A stretch of 64,000 nt of DNA from Carcharhinus longimanus (Eukaryota): the NCBI GenBank assembly GCA_030264375.1, contig JASCQW010000139.1, positions 6,339,225 through 6,403,224 on the forward strand, in the 5' to 3' direction. The position numbers and the translations under genes are program-made. Under the pieces are notes generated by a model, which worked only from the letters and a program-made list of their open reading frames with translations, did not search any database and was not told the origin of the DNA. How positions within the stretch are numbered: the first letter of the stretch is position 1; each line of letters begins with the position of its first letter. Below are positions 26,481 through 38,559 of this stretch, piece by piece.

Positions 26481-26694
26481 CTGTGTGGGTGAATTCCAAT
26501 TCCACGAGTATATTTGGGAGGAGGGAAAAACACAAAGGTAACACAGTTAATTTTACTCACCTATCGAAGCGCTGCATAAACTTAAAACAAAAGTTAAAAA
26601 GTAGTTAAAGTTGGTGCAACTGGTGCCGCTGCTCATCATGATTAAGGTAGGAGCAGGAGTATGAACTCAAAGCACTGCGCTGGTAGACCACAGT

Positions 26695-26920
26695 ATCTCA
26701 AATGAATGATTCTCACAAGCTGGCCCCATATATCACCGTCAGTTCCTGTAAAAACTGGTTTGAACTGATCAATAAGGAAGTGAGTCGGTGTTGTGTCATT
26801 GCCAGCTAAGAAAGAAACTACACTCCCACCCCATTTATGACTCGCCCCCGCAGCTCCTGGAAGGGTGGCCACTTCCGAATATACCGGGCCTTATAAGGAA
26901 ATACAGCATGTCATTTTTTT
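26695..26920 (-). promoter_or_regulatory. Intronic pri-miR-21 promoter (miPPR-21-like) at the 3' end of VMP1 intron 10
   Basis: CArG box CCTTATAAGG 26889-26898; ETS CGGAAGT about 26871-26877; AP-1-like TGACTC 26838-26843 and TGACACA 26792-26798; ETS GGAAGT 26776-26781; STAT-like TTACAGGAA 26743-26751; TATA-like GATATAT 26728-26734; Inr-like TCATTC about 26704-26709. Position and sequence resemble the recalled human miPPR-21. Confidence 0.85.
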
Positions 26921-27639
26921 TTTACTGTTAAGAACCCACTAGCAATTTTCATAGTACCCCTGCCTCCTTTTGCATCTCCTCCTTCCACCATCCCCACCAG
27001 CACCCCCCACCTCCCAATACGACTCAGCAGTTGGTGATTAACCAAGAAACAAACAAGGTACTATGAACCTTATTGTAAGATTAGTTCACATTTATTTCCC
27101 CTATGGCACAATATACTCTTATTGAAATGAGAGGGAGTGTAAGCCGCACCTACTGCACTCGGCATACAAAACTCTTGAATCATGCAATGACACCAGATAC
27201 TGCGTATTTTATTAAGTTCTTGTACTCTCAGTGCAAAAGTTAGTTGCAATAGGAAAGGTGTAAAACTGGGTAATGGGGAAGGAAAGAAAAAGGAGGGGAT
27301 CCCAAGGAGATAGCAAATTTAGGTTAACACAAAAATCTATTTTATTTTGCTATAAACCATGAGTTAGCACTTCTAACGAATGACTTTATATTGGCACTGG
27401 AAGGAATACACTTTGAAACATATCTCTATAAAGTGATTCATTTACTGAGATACCACGCTAATGGTTAAAAGATCTTTCAAAATAGATCTGAACAAATTTT
27501 CTTCTCACCTATAAATGCAAGTAGGATCTTAAAAGCTAATAGATAATAGAAATAGATTAATACCTTCAGATAGTTCATGGAATTTCCAATTCGTACAAGG
27601 CAGGTTAACTACTGACTGCTTTAATAAAAATGTGGTCAG

Positions 27640-29135
27640 CTTCATGCCCTCAGGTCCTACACTTTTCCATGAGTGGAAGCATCCTCCCAACATTTATCCT
27701 GTCTAACCTCTTAAGAATATTATATGCTTCAATCATATCACCCCTCGTTCTTCTGAGCATCCAAGGATTACAGACCCCAACTGTTTAATCTTTCCCCAAA
27801 TGGCAGCTCCTCCATACTTGGGATCATCCGAGTAAACCTTCTCTGTACTGCCTCCAATTATAATATATCCTTCCTGAAATAAGGGGACCAAAACTGTGCA
27901 CAATATTCTAAATGTGGCTTTACTAGTATCTTGTAAAGAGGCAACACCTCTTTACTTTTATACTCCAGCCCTCTTAAATAAAAGCCAGCATTCCATTTGC
28001 CTTCCCGATTAATTCTGCACCTGTATTCTGGCTTTCATGAACCAGGACACCCACTCCCCATGTGTGTTTGTGCTATAGCTTTCTGCAGTGTCTCTCCATT
28101 TAAATAATTATCTGCCTTCCCACATTAAATTCAATTTGTCAATTTTCTGTCCTCTCACTTAACCTGTCAATATTTCTCAGTGAACTATTTGTGGTCCCTT
28201 CATCCAAATCATTGATGTAGATTGTAAATAGTTGAGGCCCCAGAACCGATCCCTGTTGGCACTCCACTAGTTATACCTTACCAACCTGAAAAAGACTCAT
28301 TTATCACAATTCTCTGCTTGTTAACTAACCAATCCTTCATCCATGTTAATATTTTGCCCCCACACCATGTTCTCTTACCTTAGATGGAGCACATTATCAA
28401 ATGCCTTCTGAAATTCAAGTACAATATATCTACAGTTTACCCTTTATCCATCTTGTTTGTTACTTCCCCAAATCAAATGGGTTAAACATGATTTCCCTTT
28501 CAGAAAGTCATTTTGACTCTGCCTGATCATATTATGATTTTCTGAGTAGTCTGTTGTAACCTTCTTATTAATGGATTCGAGCAATTTCCCTATGACAGGT
28601 GTTAGGTTAACTAGCCTGTAGTTTCCTGCTTTCTGTCTCCCTCTTCTTGTGAATAAAGATGTTACCTAACCCATTTTCCAATCCACTGGGACTTTGCAGA
28701 ATGCAAATGTTGGAAGATTATATCCAATGCATCTATCTCTGCATGCACTTCTTTTAAGACCCTAGGATGCAGGCCATCTGGTTTTAGGGATTTGTCAGCC
28801 TTTAGGTCTAATAGTTTTCCCAGCACTAGGGGTTTTTCCAGAACTAGAAGTCATAGTTTGAGGATAAGGGGTAAACCTTTTTCAACTGAGGTGAAGAGAA
28901 ATTTCTTCACCCAGAGAATGGCAAATGTGTGGAATTCACTATCATAGAATGCAGTTAAGACCACAATGTNNNNNNNNNNATTCAAGAAGAAATTAGATAT
29001 AGCTCTTGGGACTAAAGGGATCATGGAATTTGGGAGGAAGGGGAGGATCAGGATATTGAATTTGATGATCAAAATGAATGGCAGAGGAGGTTGGAAGGGC
29101 CGAATGACCTATGCCTGCTTCTAGTCTCTATGTTT
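27640..29135. mobile_element. Old CR1 LINE (27640-28830, -) abutting a CR1 3' end (28830-29135, +)
   Basis: Reverse RT motifs (ggggaccaaaactgtgcacaatattc; atcaaatgccttctgaaattc; aactagcctgtagtttcctg) and CR1 tail. Confidence 0.8.
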
Positions 29136-29329
29136 GTATTTCCTGCCCCCACAACTCCTATTCAGCCAAGAGCGATGCATCCTTCTCAAAAACTCTTCCT
29201 TTCTCACTGGGATAAATCTTTGCTGACAGTTACTAACAGTTCCAACTATTGTTCATCTGACTGCGCAGACCTTTCCAGTAACTGACCAAAACTTTTCAGT
29301 TTTGGCAAATTTACCACATTGTCAAAGTG

Positions 29330-29600
29330 ATACAATGGCACAGTAACTAGCACTGCTGCCTCACGGCACCAAGGACTCGGGTTCGATTCTGGCCTTGGGT
29401 AATCGTGGAGTTTTCACATTCTCCCAGTCTGTGTGGGTTTCCTCCAGGTGCTCCAGTTTTCTCCCACAGCCCAAAGATGTGCAAGTTAGGTGGATTAGCC
29501 AAGCTAAATTGCCCCTTAGTGTCCAAAGATGCTTAGGTTAGGTGGATTAGCTTGAGTGAGATGCTCTTTTAGAGAATCTGTGTAGACTTGATTGGCCAGA
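29330..29600 (+). mobile_element. HE1/V-SINE-like SINE
   Basis: ggcacagtaactagcactgctgcctcacggcaccaaggactcgggttcgattc...gtgggtttcctccaggtgctccagttttctcccacagcccaaagatgtg. Confidence 0.85.
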
Positions 29601-31089
29601 TAGAACCATAGAATCGTACAGGGCGGAAAGAGGCTATGTGTGGCCTGCCCACTGTATTGGCAGAAGGATAAACCATAGAATTAACTATGGACAATACTGT
29701 ACCCTGACCAGCATGTAGATGAATTTGTTATGGAAACAGCATGAACAGTTTTGCTCTGCTTGCCAGGGTGGCAATCTTGTTTAATATTAGTTGATATACC
29801 AATTATTGATCTAACTGCTTAAAAAAAAACTTACCCCAACTGTGACATGCATAATACTGACTGGATGATAAGCACCTAATATCCAATCTGCTCATAATTC
29901 TTAAGGGATTCACAGCTGAGTCACACTCCAGTTCAAGACAAAAGCTCAAAAGTTGCCCAAATGGATACACTAAGGATGTTAGAGATTTAAGCATGACTTA
30001 TATTGTTTTTCACATCACTAATTATGTTTCCAAATAAGCAAAAGAAATCTAGAGGTACAGTATCATGACTGCACGGACTTATCTTTTCTGACCCTTGAAT
30101 GTGACACTCATCGAAATTCTGGAAAAAATATATTGTCACTAAATTAATCAAAATTTTGAGGTGATTACCACAGAGGGACATTGGAAAGCTTATAAGACTG
30201 CATATTGAGATTGTCAAAAGCCTTTGATAACGTATTGTGCAAAAGGCTTTTAAATAGGATTCCATCTTGTGGGATTGTTGCTCAGATCGTGGATTGGACA
30301 ATAAATTGATTGCTTTCATAAAGGAAATTCTTAATAGCAGTGACTGCATTGGCTCTTGACATTGGCCGAGTCCTGCTGGGAGCAATATTTGGGCTGTTCC
30401 TCACATCACATTTATTAATAGGCTGGGTGAAGGTATCAAAGTAATAGTTTACATGTTAGCAGAAAACAAAAAATATTGGTAAGCAATATCTTCAAAAAAA
30501 GTTTATTGTCTACAGATTTGTGGAAGAATTCTATCAATTTGGACAAAAGCAGCAAGTTGAACAGGGTAATTCAATCATGTGTAAACCATGTACAACTGCA
30601 CACAATAGGGAGGGAGAGGGAGAAGAATCTATGCTTGCAGTTAATGAATCATCAAAGTTCCATGAAAATAATGTGTTTAAATTTGTGGCTAGGAAAATTT
30701 GGTAGAAAACCAGAACAGCATTCTGAGATTGTGAAAGGCACTACATAAATTCATGTTCTTTCTTTTTGTTAATCTCCAGAGAGTGGCATGAGATCCAAAA
30801 AGGCAGTGCAATTTTTATTGTGGTAAAAAGCACTTAGTAGAACCAAGATGTAGTTGTGAATTGACATGGTATCCATGTATATCTTCATTGAGCAGTGAGA
30901 ATCTGAACGGAATGAGATGCATTCATGCCAACGGATCTGAAGACAGCAATTAATTGAGGCTTGGCTTCTTGATTTACAAAACTGAAACCATCTTTTGGAT
31001 AAATTTTGTCTGCATGAAACAATTAACTTGTGCATGAATGTATTGGGAGAGCCAGCTCAACGTAGACTGTCAATACATTGTTAAGACTA

Positions 31090-31320
31090 CAGAACCATAG
31101 AATCCCGACAATGCAAAAGGCAGGCATTTGGCCCATTGAGTCTGCACTGACTCTATGGAAGAGCATCATTCTCTGATGAAGGATCATCTAGACTCGAAAC
31201 ATTGGCTCTGTTCTCTCTCTATAGATGCTGTCTGACACGCTGAGATTTCACAACATTTTTTGGACACATCTTTGGATTGTGGGAGGAAACTGGTGCACCC
31301 GGACGAAACCCACACAGATA
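31090..31320. mobile_element. HE1-like SINE (-) interrupted by a Penelope-like fragment (31170-31262)
   Basis: Insert ctctgatgaaggatcatctagactcgaaacattggctctgttctctctctatagatgctgtctgac between SINE tail and body. Confidence 0.65.
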
Positions 31321-32379
31321 CAGAGATGTTTCCAGTGATGTCTACATCCCATGAAAGAATTAAAAAAGGTTAAATGTGAAACATTACTACGGTAAAGATG
31401 CTACAGCAGTGCAAATTGTTGTTGTTGTCATCACGCACATTTAAAGAAATCTCTATAGTTCACTATAAACAGTATTTTAATAATCATTTCCTATATTTGT
31501 TTGCCAAGTACCATTTCCTTTTATTTTTATAGCAATATGATACCTTATTTGATAGTCCTTCTCTCCATTAAATTAGTTTTCAAAGACAAAATAGATTTCT
31601 GGAAGTCACATGTATTAAGATATCCAAACATTTTTCAATCCCATCTGAGAAAGTCAAATGCTAGGAAAGTACATGGTGCAAAATCCTCCAGTAACCCAAC
31701 CTCCATATGTCTTATGGTCATATAAGTGGCTATTTGGAGGATATCAAACTCCAGTCTCTTCCCAACTTGATAGCTCAATGCTTTTTCCAACAGAGATCAC
31801 ATCATTCAGGAATTGGAACTGTCCCTAGACTAAGGCTACTGAAGCCGATTGATACTCTAGGTGGCTTCGGCAAAATTAGACTGGACCAGGGTTTGAACCA
31901 GTGACCTTTTGGCTTAAGGCTATCAAAAGATCCAATTTTCTATCCATTACATTGGATGTCAATGAATGAATTTACCAGGAATAGATACAGGCCAAAATTA
32001 TAATTTAGACTGAAAATCTGAACTGCTCTATTCAAGAGCTAATTCTTCTTATGAATTGTTACCTCCTATTTTTCTAGGCCCTCCAAACAGCATTAGAAGG
32101 GAACAAAAATACCAGGAATCTAAGTTACGTGGAAATGTTTGGGGAGCTGGAATTGTTTTATTTGTAGGAGAGATTTTTAATATCTAAATGAAGTTCTCAA
32201 GATAGTAAAGCTGATTGAGGCAACTGTTGACTATGCAGAGAAGTTCAAAAACAGGCAACATGAATTTTAAGACAGAGGTTTCAAGTAGGAAGTAACAAGA
32301 GCTGTGTTAGGTGGACAGGCGATTAAATAGTAAAATGTACACAAACAGCAAGAAATAAAAATGATACGTAGAACAAGGT

Positions 32380-32845
32380 TNNNNNNNNNNNNNNNNNNNN
32401 NNNNNNNNNNNNNNNNNNNNNNNNNNNNNNNNNNNNNNNNNNNNNNNNNNNNNNNNNNNNNNNNNNNNNNNNNNNNNNNNNNNNNNNNNNNNNNNNNNNN
32501 NNNNNNNNNNNNNNNNNNNNNNNNNNNNNNNNNNNNNNNNNNNNNNNNNNNNNNNNNNNNNNNNNNNNNNNNNNNNNNNNNNNNNNNNNNNNNNNNNNNN
32601 NNNNNNNNNNNNNNNNNNNNNNNNNNNNNNNNNNNNNNNNNNNNNNNNNNNNNNNNNNNNNNNNNNNNNNNTCTAGTTTAATAATATCCTTTCTATAATA
32701 GGGTGACCAGAACTGTACACAGTATTCCAAGTATGGCCTTACTAATGTGTCGATCAACTTCAACAAGACGCTCCAACTCCTGTAGTCAATGTTCTGACCA
32801 ATGAAACCAAGCATGCCAAATGCCTTGTTCACCATCCTGTCTAAA
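32380..32845 (-). mobile_element. CR1 LINE RT C-terminal fragment with gap
   Basis: KAFGMLGFIGQNIDYRSWSVLLKLIDTLVRPYLEYCVQFWSPYYRKDIIKL. Confidence 0.9.
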
Positions 32846-33999
32846 TGGTTTCCTTTTGCACTGTAAAAATTTCTGTGATTTCTTTTCTGTGAAGATGCCT
32901 TTTTGGAAAGAGCAAGCATTGAGGAGTTTGCTAAAAAGATAAGAAAGTAGAACAGAAATTTTTCCCTTTAAAAAGGAAAAACACAGGACAATTCCATTGA
33001 TCCCCATTCCAAAACATCCTTACATTCATCATGTCTAGAGCAAGTTGGCTATATTCCCCAACACAGATCAAGGAAACTAAAGAAGTAAGAGAGAGGGACA
33101 AACAATTTTGGGGTGGGGGCAAGGAATGGAAAGACGGGTTAGTAAAAGAATTGTTAGGACAAAAAGAGGTCTATGTGAGCTAACAACAATCTAAAGGCTG
33201 TTCTGTGGTTTACTGTGCAGCTGGAATCAAAGAACAATAACAAAAAAGAGATTTTGTGCTAGATTTACTATTTGAACCAAGAGAATTGGCAACTCTGCAA
33301 CACCAATAAAAAGAACCTCCAGTTTCAGATGATATTAAACATTTAGTGCTGGTCAACTTGCATAACATTGCTGGATTATTTTAGGTTTAGCTTTTCGTCA
33401 ATGAACCACAGGGAAAAGATTCCTCTGAGGTTTGTAAGTTGATGGCTCAGCATCCTATTGTGATCCCCTTGCATCATTCTAAGCTGAGAGCTGGCAGCAA
33501 ATCTGTTTGGCCTTGCTTAAAGGAAAATTTTCAGTGACCAGTTTACAGCCAATCATGTTTGCTGCCTATGCAGAATCTCACATTCAAGTCTCCAAAATTA
33601 CTTTATAAGGCCACTTCCAAGAAGTCTCAACTTTGTAGCTAGCATCGTACTGCCAATTCAGTTGACTCCACAAGACAAAGTGTTCACTCAGTGTACTGCA
33701 CATGAAGGTTATGGGGTCTAGACAAAGTTCTGCTGAAGAGCTAGTCATTCCCTTTGCTAGTGCAGCATTTGCCTTGGTTTCTAGCAGACAATGCTGAAAA
33801 TTCTCCAGGTGTATCCTAACTACAAAATCTATCCTGTCAATTAATACTTTATTAGCCTGCTCCTAATCATCAATAAAATAATGGAAGGAGTCACAAATGA
33901 AATCAAGCAACATTGATTCACCAATAGCCTGTTCACAAATACTCAACAGTTCCAGACCCCGTCACATCCTTGATCGCGACAATAAGCTGCCATCTTCAA

Positions 34000-36480
34000 T
34001 GTCATAGAATCATAGAGGTTTACAGCATGGAAACAGGCCCTTTGGCCATGCCTCCCAGTTTTTAACACTAAGCTAATCCGAATTGCCCGTGTTGGGTCCA
34101 TATCCCTCACCCAATTGATCAAGATCCCTAGATAACTTTTTTTTTTAAACTGTCCACTGTGCCAACAATCATGGTGTTATCTGCAAATTTATTAATCATG
34201 CCTCCTAAATTCTTATTCAAATCATTAATATAAATAACAAATAACAGTGGACCCAGTGATCGATGAGGCACACCACTGGATACAGGTCACCAGTTTGAAA
34301 AAACTTCTCTCATCAAGCCAATTTTATATCCATTTGGCTACCTCCATCTTGGATCCCATGTGATGTAACCTTGTGCAATCTACCTTGGTACCTTGTCAAA
34401 AGCCTTGCTAAAGTCCATGTAGACAACGTTGACTGCACTGCCTTCAACTACCTTTTTAGTTACCCCTTCAAAAAACTCCTGTGACATAATTTTCCACTCT
34501 CAAAGCCATGCTGACTGTCCTTAATCAGTCCTTGCCTCTCTAAATGCCTGTAGATCCTGTCTCTCAAAGACTTCTAACAACTTCCCCACTGCAGATGTTA
34601 GGTTCACCAGTCTGAGTTCCTAGGCTTTCCCTGCAGCTCTTCTTAAACAAAAAGCTAACATGTGCCACCCTCCAATCTTCAGACATCTCAGCTGTGGCTA
34701 TCAATGATTCAAATATTTCTGCTAGGGGACCCGCANNNNNNNNNNNNNNNNNNNNNNNNNNNNNNNNNNNNNNNNNNNNNNNNNNNNNNNNNNNNNNNNN
34801 NNNNNNNNNNNNNNNNNNNNNNNNNNNNNNNNNNNNNNNNNNNNNNNNNNNNNNNNNNNNNNNNNNNNNNNNNNNNNNNNNNNNNNNNNNNNNNNNNNNN
34901 NNNNNNNNNNNNNNNNNNNNNNNNNNNNNNNNNNNNNNNNNNNNNNNNNNNNNNNNNNNNNNNNNNNNNNNNNNNNNNNNNNNNNNNNNNNNNNNNNNNN
35001 NNNNNNNNNNNNNNNNNNNNNNNNNNNNNNNNNNNNNNNNNNNNNNNNNNNNNNNNNNNNNNNNNNNNNNNNNNNNNNNNNNNNNNNNNNNNNNNNNNNN
35101 NNNNNNNNNNNNNNNNNNNNNNNNNNNNNNNNNNNNNNNNNNNNNNNNNNNNNNNNNNNNNNNNNNNNNNNNNNNNNNNNNNNNNNNNNNNNNNNNNNNN
35201 NNNNNNNNNNNNNNNNNNNNNNNNNNNNNNNNNNNNNNNNNNNNNNNNNNNNNNNNNNNNNNNNNNNNNNNNNNNNNNNNNNNNNNNNNNNNNNNNNNNN
35301 NNNNNNNNNNNNNNNNNNNNNNNNNNNNNNNNNNNNNNNNNNNNNNNNNNNNNNNNNNNNNNNNNNNNNNNNNNNNNNNNNNNNNNNNNNNNNNNNNNNN
35401 NNNNNNNNNNNNNNNNNNNNNNNNNNNNNNNNNNNNNNNNNNNNNNNNNNNNNNNNNNNNNNNNNNNNNNNNNNNNNNNNNNNNNNNNNNNNNNNNNNNN
35501 NNNNNNNNNNNNNNNNNNNNNNNNNNNNNNNNNNNNNNNNNNNNNNNNNNNNNNNNNNNNNNNNNNNNNNNNNNNNNTTCCTAATGTCCATGCTTTTCTC
35601 AACAGTAAATACCGATGAGAAATATTAATTTAGGATCTCACCCATCTCTTGTGGGTCCACACATAGATGATTTGTTGATCCTAAGAGGTCCTACTCTCTC
35701 CTCAGTTACTCTTTTGCTCTTTATGTGTTTTTAGAAGCTCTTGGATTCTCCTTTGCCTTGTTTGCCAAAGCAATTGCATGTCCCTTTTTTTGCCCTCCCA
35801 ATTTCTCTTTTAACTCTACTCCAACAGCCTCTATACTCTTCAAGGGATCTACTTGCTTCCTCCTCCTTTTTGATCCAGGTTCCCTACTTGTTCCAGACTT
35901 GCGCTTCACTCTGAAAGAAACGTGCTTAGCCTGAACGCTGGTTAACACATTTTTGAAAGCCTCCCACTTACCAGCCATCCCTTTGCCTGCCAACAGATTC
36001 CCCCAATCAACTTTTCAAAGTTCCTGTCTAATACCATCAAAATTGGCCTTGCCCCAATTTAGATTTTTAACTTTTAGGCCAGACCTATCATTCCCCATAG
36101 CTATCTTAAAACTAATGAATTATGGTCGTTGATCCCAAAGAGATCCTTCATTAACATTTCTGTCACCTGCCCTTCCTTATTTCCAAGAGGAGGTCAAGTT
36201 TTACCCCCTCTCTAGCCAGCCCATCCACATACTGAATGAGAAATTCCTCTTGAATACACTCAGCAAATTTCTCCCCATCCATGCCCTTAATGCTATGGCT
36301 ATCCTGGTCAATGTTGGGAAAGTTAAAGCCCCCAACCATTACCACTTTTCTTTTCTTGCAGATATTTGTAATCTCCTTACACATTTGCTCCTCAATTTCC
36401 TAATGACTATTTGGGGACCTGTAGTACAATCCTATCAAAGTGATCCCTCCCTTCTTATTTTTCAGTTCTACTCATATAGA
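34000..36480 (-). mobile_element. Long decayed CR1 LINE (APE endonuclease plus RT) spanning a gap
   Basis: VVMVGGFNFPNID..FAECIQEEFLIQYV..LDLLL (endonuclease), KWEAFKNVLTSVQAKHV, RT motifs and 3' tail at about 34005. Confidence 0.9.
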
Positions 36481-37579
36481 CTCATTGGGCAAACCATCAG
36501 TTGTATCAGGGTGATATTTAATACAGTATATCACCAAGTAGTCTTAGAAAACCTGAAACCCATAAAAGTGAAAAGAAAATTCTCTCAATAGCTAAAGAAA
36601 TGGCTAAGATGGATGTGACTGCCGAAGATGTGACATCACATTTCCATCTCATTATTACAGGGTTTTGGAACTCTCTTCTTGAAAAGACAGTGGAAGCAGG
36701 GTCTTTGAATATTTTTAAGACAGTGGTAGATAGATTATTGGTAAGCATTGGGGTGATAGTTTATTGAGGGTGAGGGGGAATGTGGAATTGAGGTTTAAAT
36801 CAGATCAGCCACGATCTCATTGAAAGGGGGAGTAGGTTGGAGGGGCCAAGTGGTCTATCCCTGGCTCCTAACTCATATGTTCATATACACTCAAACAAGT
36901 GAGAGCCCAGCTACCTATCTACAACCTCTCAAACTACATGACTACTAGAGTGGGACAGTGACTGGGAATTTAAGATAAGCAGTTCACCTCTTTCCCATGA
37001 TAGCCTATCTAGTATCTACAAGGCTCAAATAAAGGATGTAAAAAAATACTCACCACTTGCCTGGAAAGGTGCAATGATTCAGTTGGCTTGACTGGTTACT
37101 TTAACAACATCTTCATCCCTGCAACATCTACTATCAAAAACAAGAGCAACAACATTCTTGGAGCATCATCTCCAAGCCATATACCATCCTGACTTGGACA
37201 TACACTGAGGTTTCATTATTATTGCTAAGTCAGAGTCCTCAAATTATTTATCTAACATCATCTGGGGAAGTATCACTACAATGACTGCAGGAGTTCAGGA
37301 AGAAGACCTACCAACGTCTTCTTAGGATAACAAGGTGAGATAAGAAATACAGCCTTGCCTGTATTGCCTTCAGTCAAAGGATAAATTCATAAAATGGAAA
37401 TGAGATCCCACCTGGATGATCAGGTTTAATTCTGGCATTAGATTCTGTACAGTTTGGTGGGGAAAAAATCTTCAGGAATCCAGGAGAGGAGGAAGCTCAA
37501 GGTTTTGCTTTTTTTTTGGAAAACAGATTTTGAGGTTTTAATTGAAGAACAAGATTAATATTGTGAAGTTGCAAATAAA

Positions 37580-38500
37580 ACTAGGAGCAGGAGTAGGCCA
37601 TTTGGCTCCCGGGCCTGCTCTGCCATTCAATAAGATCATGGCTGATCTTTTCGTGATTTTAGCTCCACTTATCTGCCCGCTCATCATAACCCTCAACTCC
37701 TTTTCTGTTCAAAAATCTATCATTGCCTTAAAAACATTCAATGAAGGAGACTCAACTGCTTCACTAGGCAGGGAATGCCACAGATTTACAACCTTTTGGA
37801 TGAAGAAGTTCCTCCTCAACTCCGTCCAAAATCTGCTCCCCTTTATTTTGAGACTATGCCCCCTAGTTCTGGTTTCACCTGCCAGTGGAAATAACCTCCC
37901 TGCTTCTATCTCATCTATTCCCTTCATAATTTTATAAGATCCTCCCTCACTCTTCTAAATTCCAATGAGTATAGCCCCAGTGTACTCAGTCTCTCCTCAT
38001 AAGCCAACCCTCTCAACTCCTGAAATCAACCTTGTGAATCTCTTCTGCACCCCTCCAGCACCAGTATATCCTTTCTCAAGTAAGGAAAATAAAACTCTAC
38101 ACAGTACTCCAGGTGTGGCCCCACCAGCATCTTATACAACTGCAACATAATGTCCCTGTTTTTAACCTCCATCCCTCGAGCAATGAAGGACAAAATACCA
38201 TTTGCCTTCTTAATTGCCAGCTGCCCTTGTGTTGTGATACATGCACAAGGATACCCAAGTCCCCGGCAAGCTACAATTTTTTTTTACCATTTAATTAATA
38301 GTCATTTTGCTGTTACTCCTTTCAAAATGGATGACCTCACATTTACCAACATTGTGCTCCATCTGCCAGACCTTTGCCACTATCTATATCCCTTTGCAGA
38401 CTTTGTGGCCTCAGCACACTTTGCTCTACCACTCATCTTAGTGTGTCATCTGTGAACTTTGACACACTACACGTGGTCCCCAACTTCAAATTATCTCTGT
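37580..38500 (-). mobile_element. CR1/HER1-like LINE 3' portion
   Basis: MKGIDEIEAGRLFPLAGETRTRGHSLKIKGSRFWTELRRNFFIQKVVNLWHSLP; tail aggagcaggagtaggccat. Confidence 0.9.
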
Positions 38501-38559
38501 AAATTTACATAGCAATACCAATAGCAGGAAACAACTAAAAATTAGGAAGCTAGGATTAA

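Noticed and set aside
26363-26560. 65-aa ORF as a standalone gene
   Set aside because: It is VMP1 exon 11 plus flanking intron; its 'start' is the GTG of a splice donor.
34662-35618. Longest ORFs in the track (about 290-318 aa) and other X-rich ORFs
   Set aside because: They are runs of N (assembly gaps or masking), mostly inside repeats; many are about 100 N, so true distances are probably underestimated.
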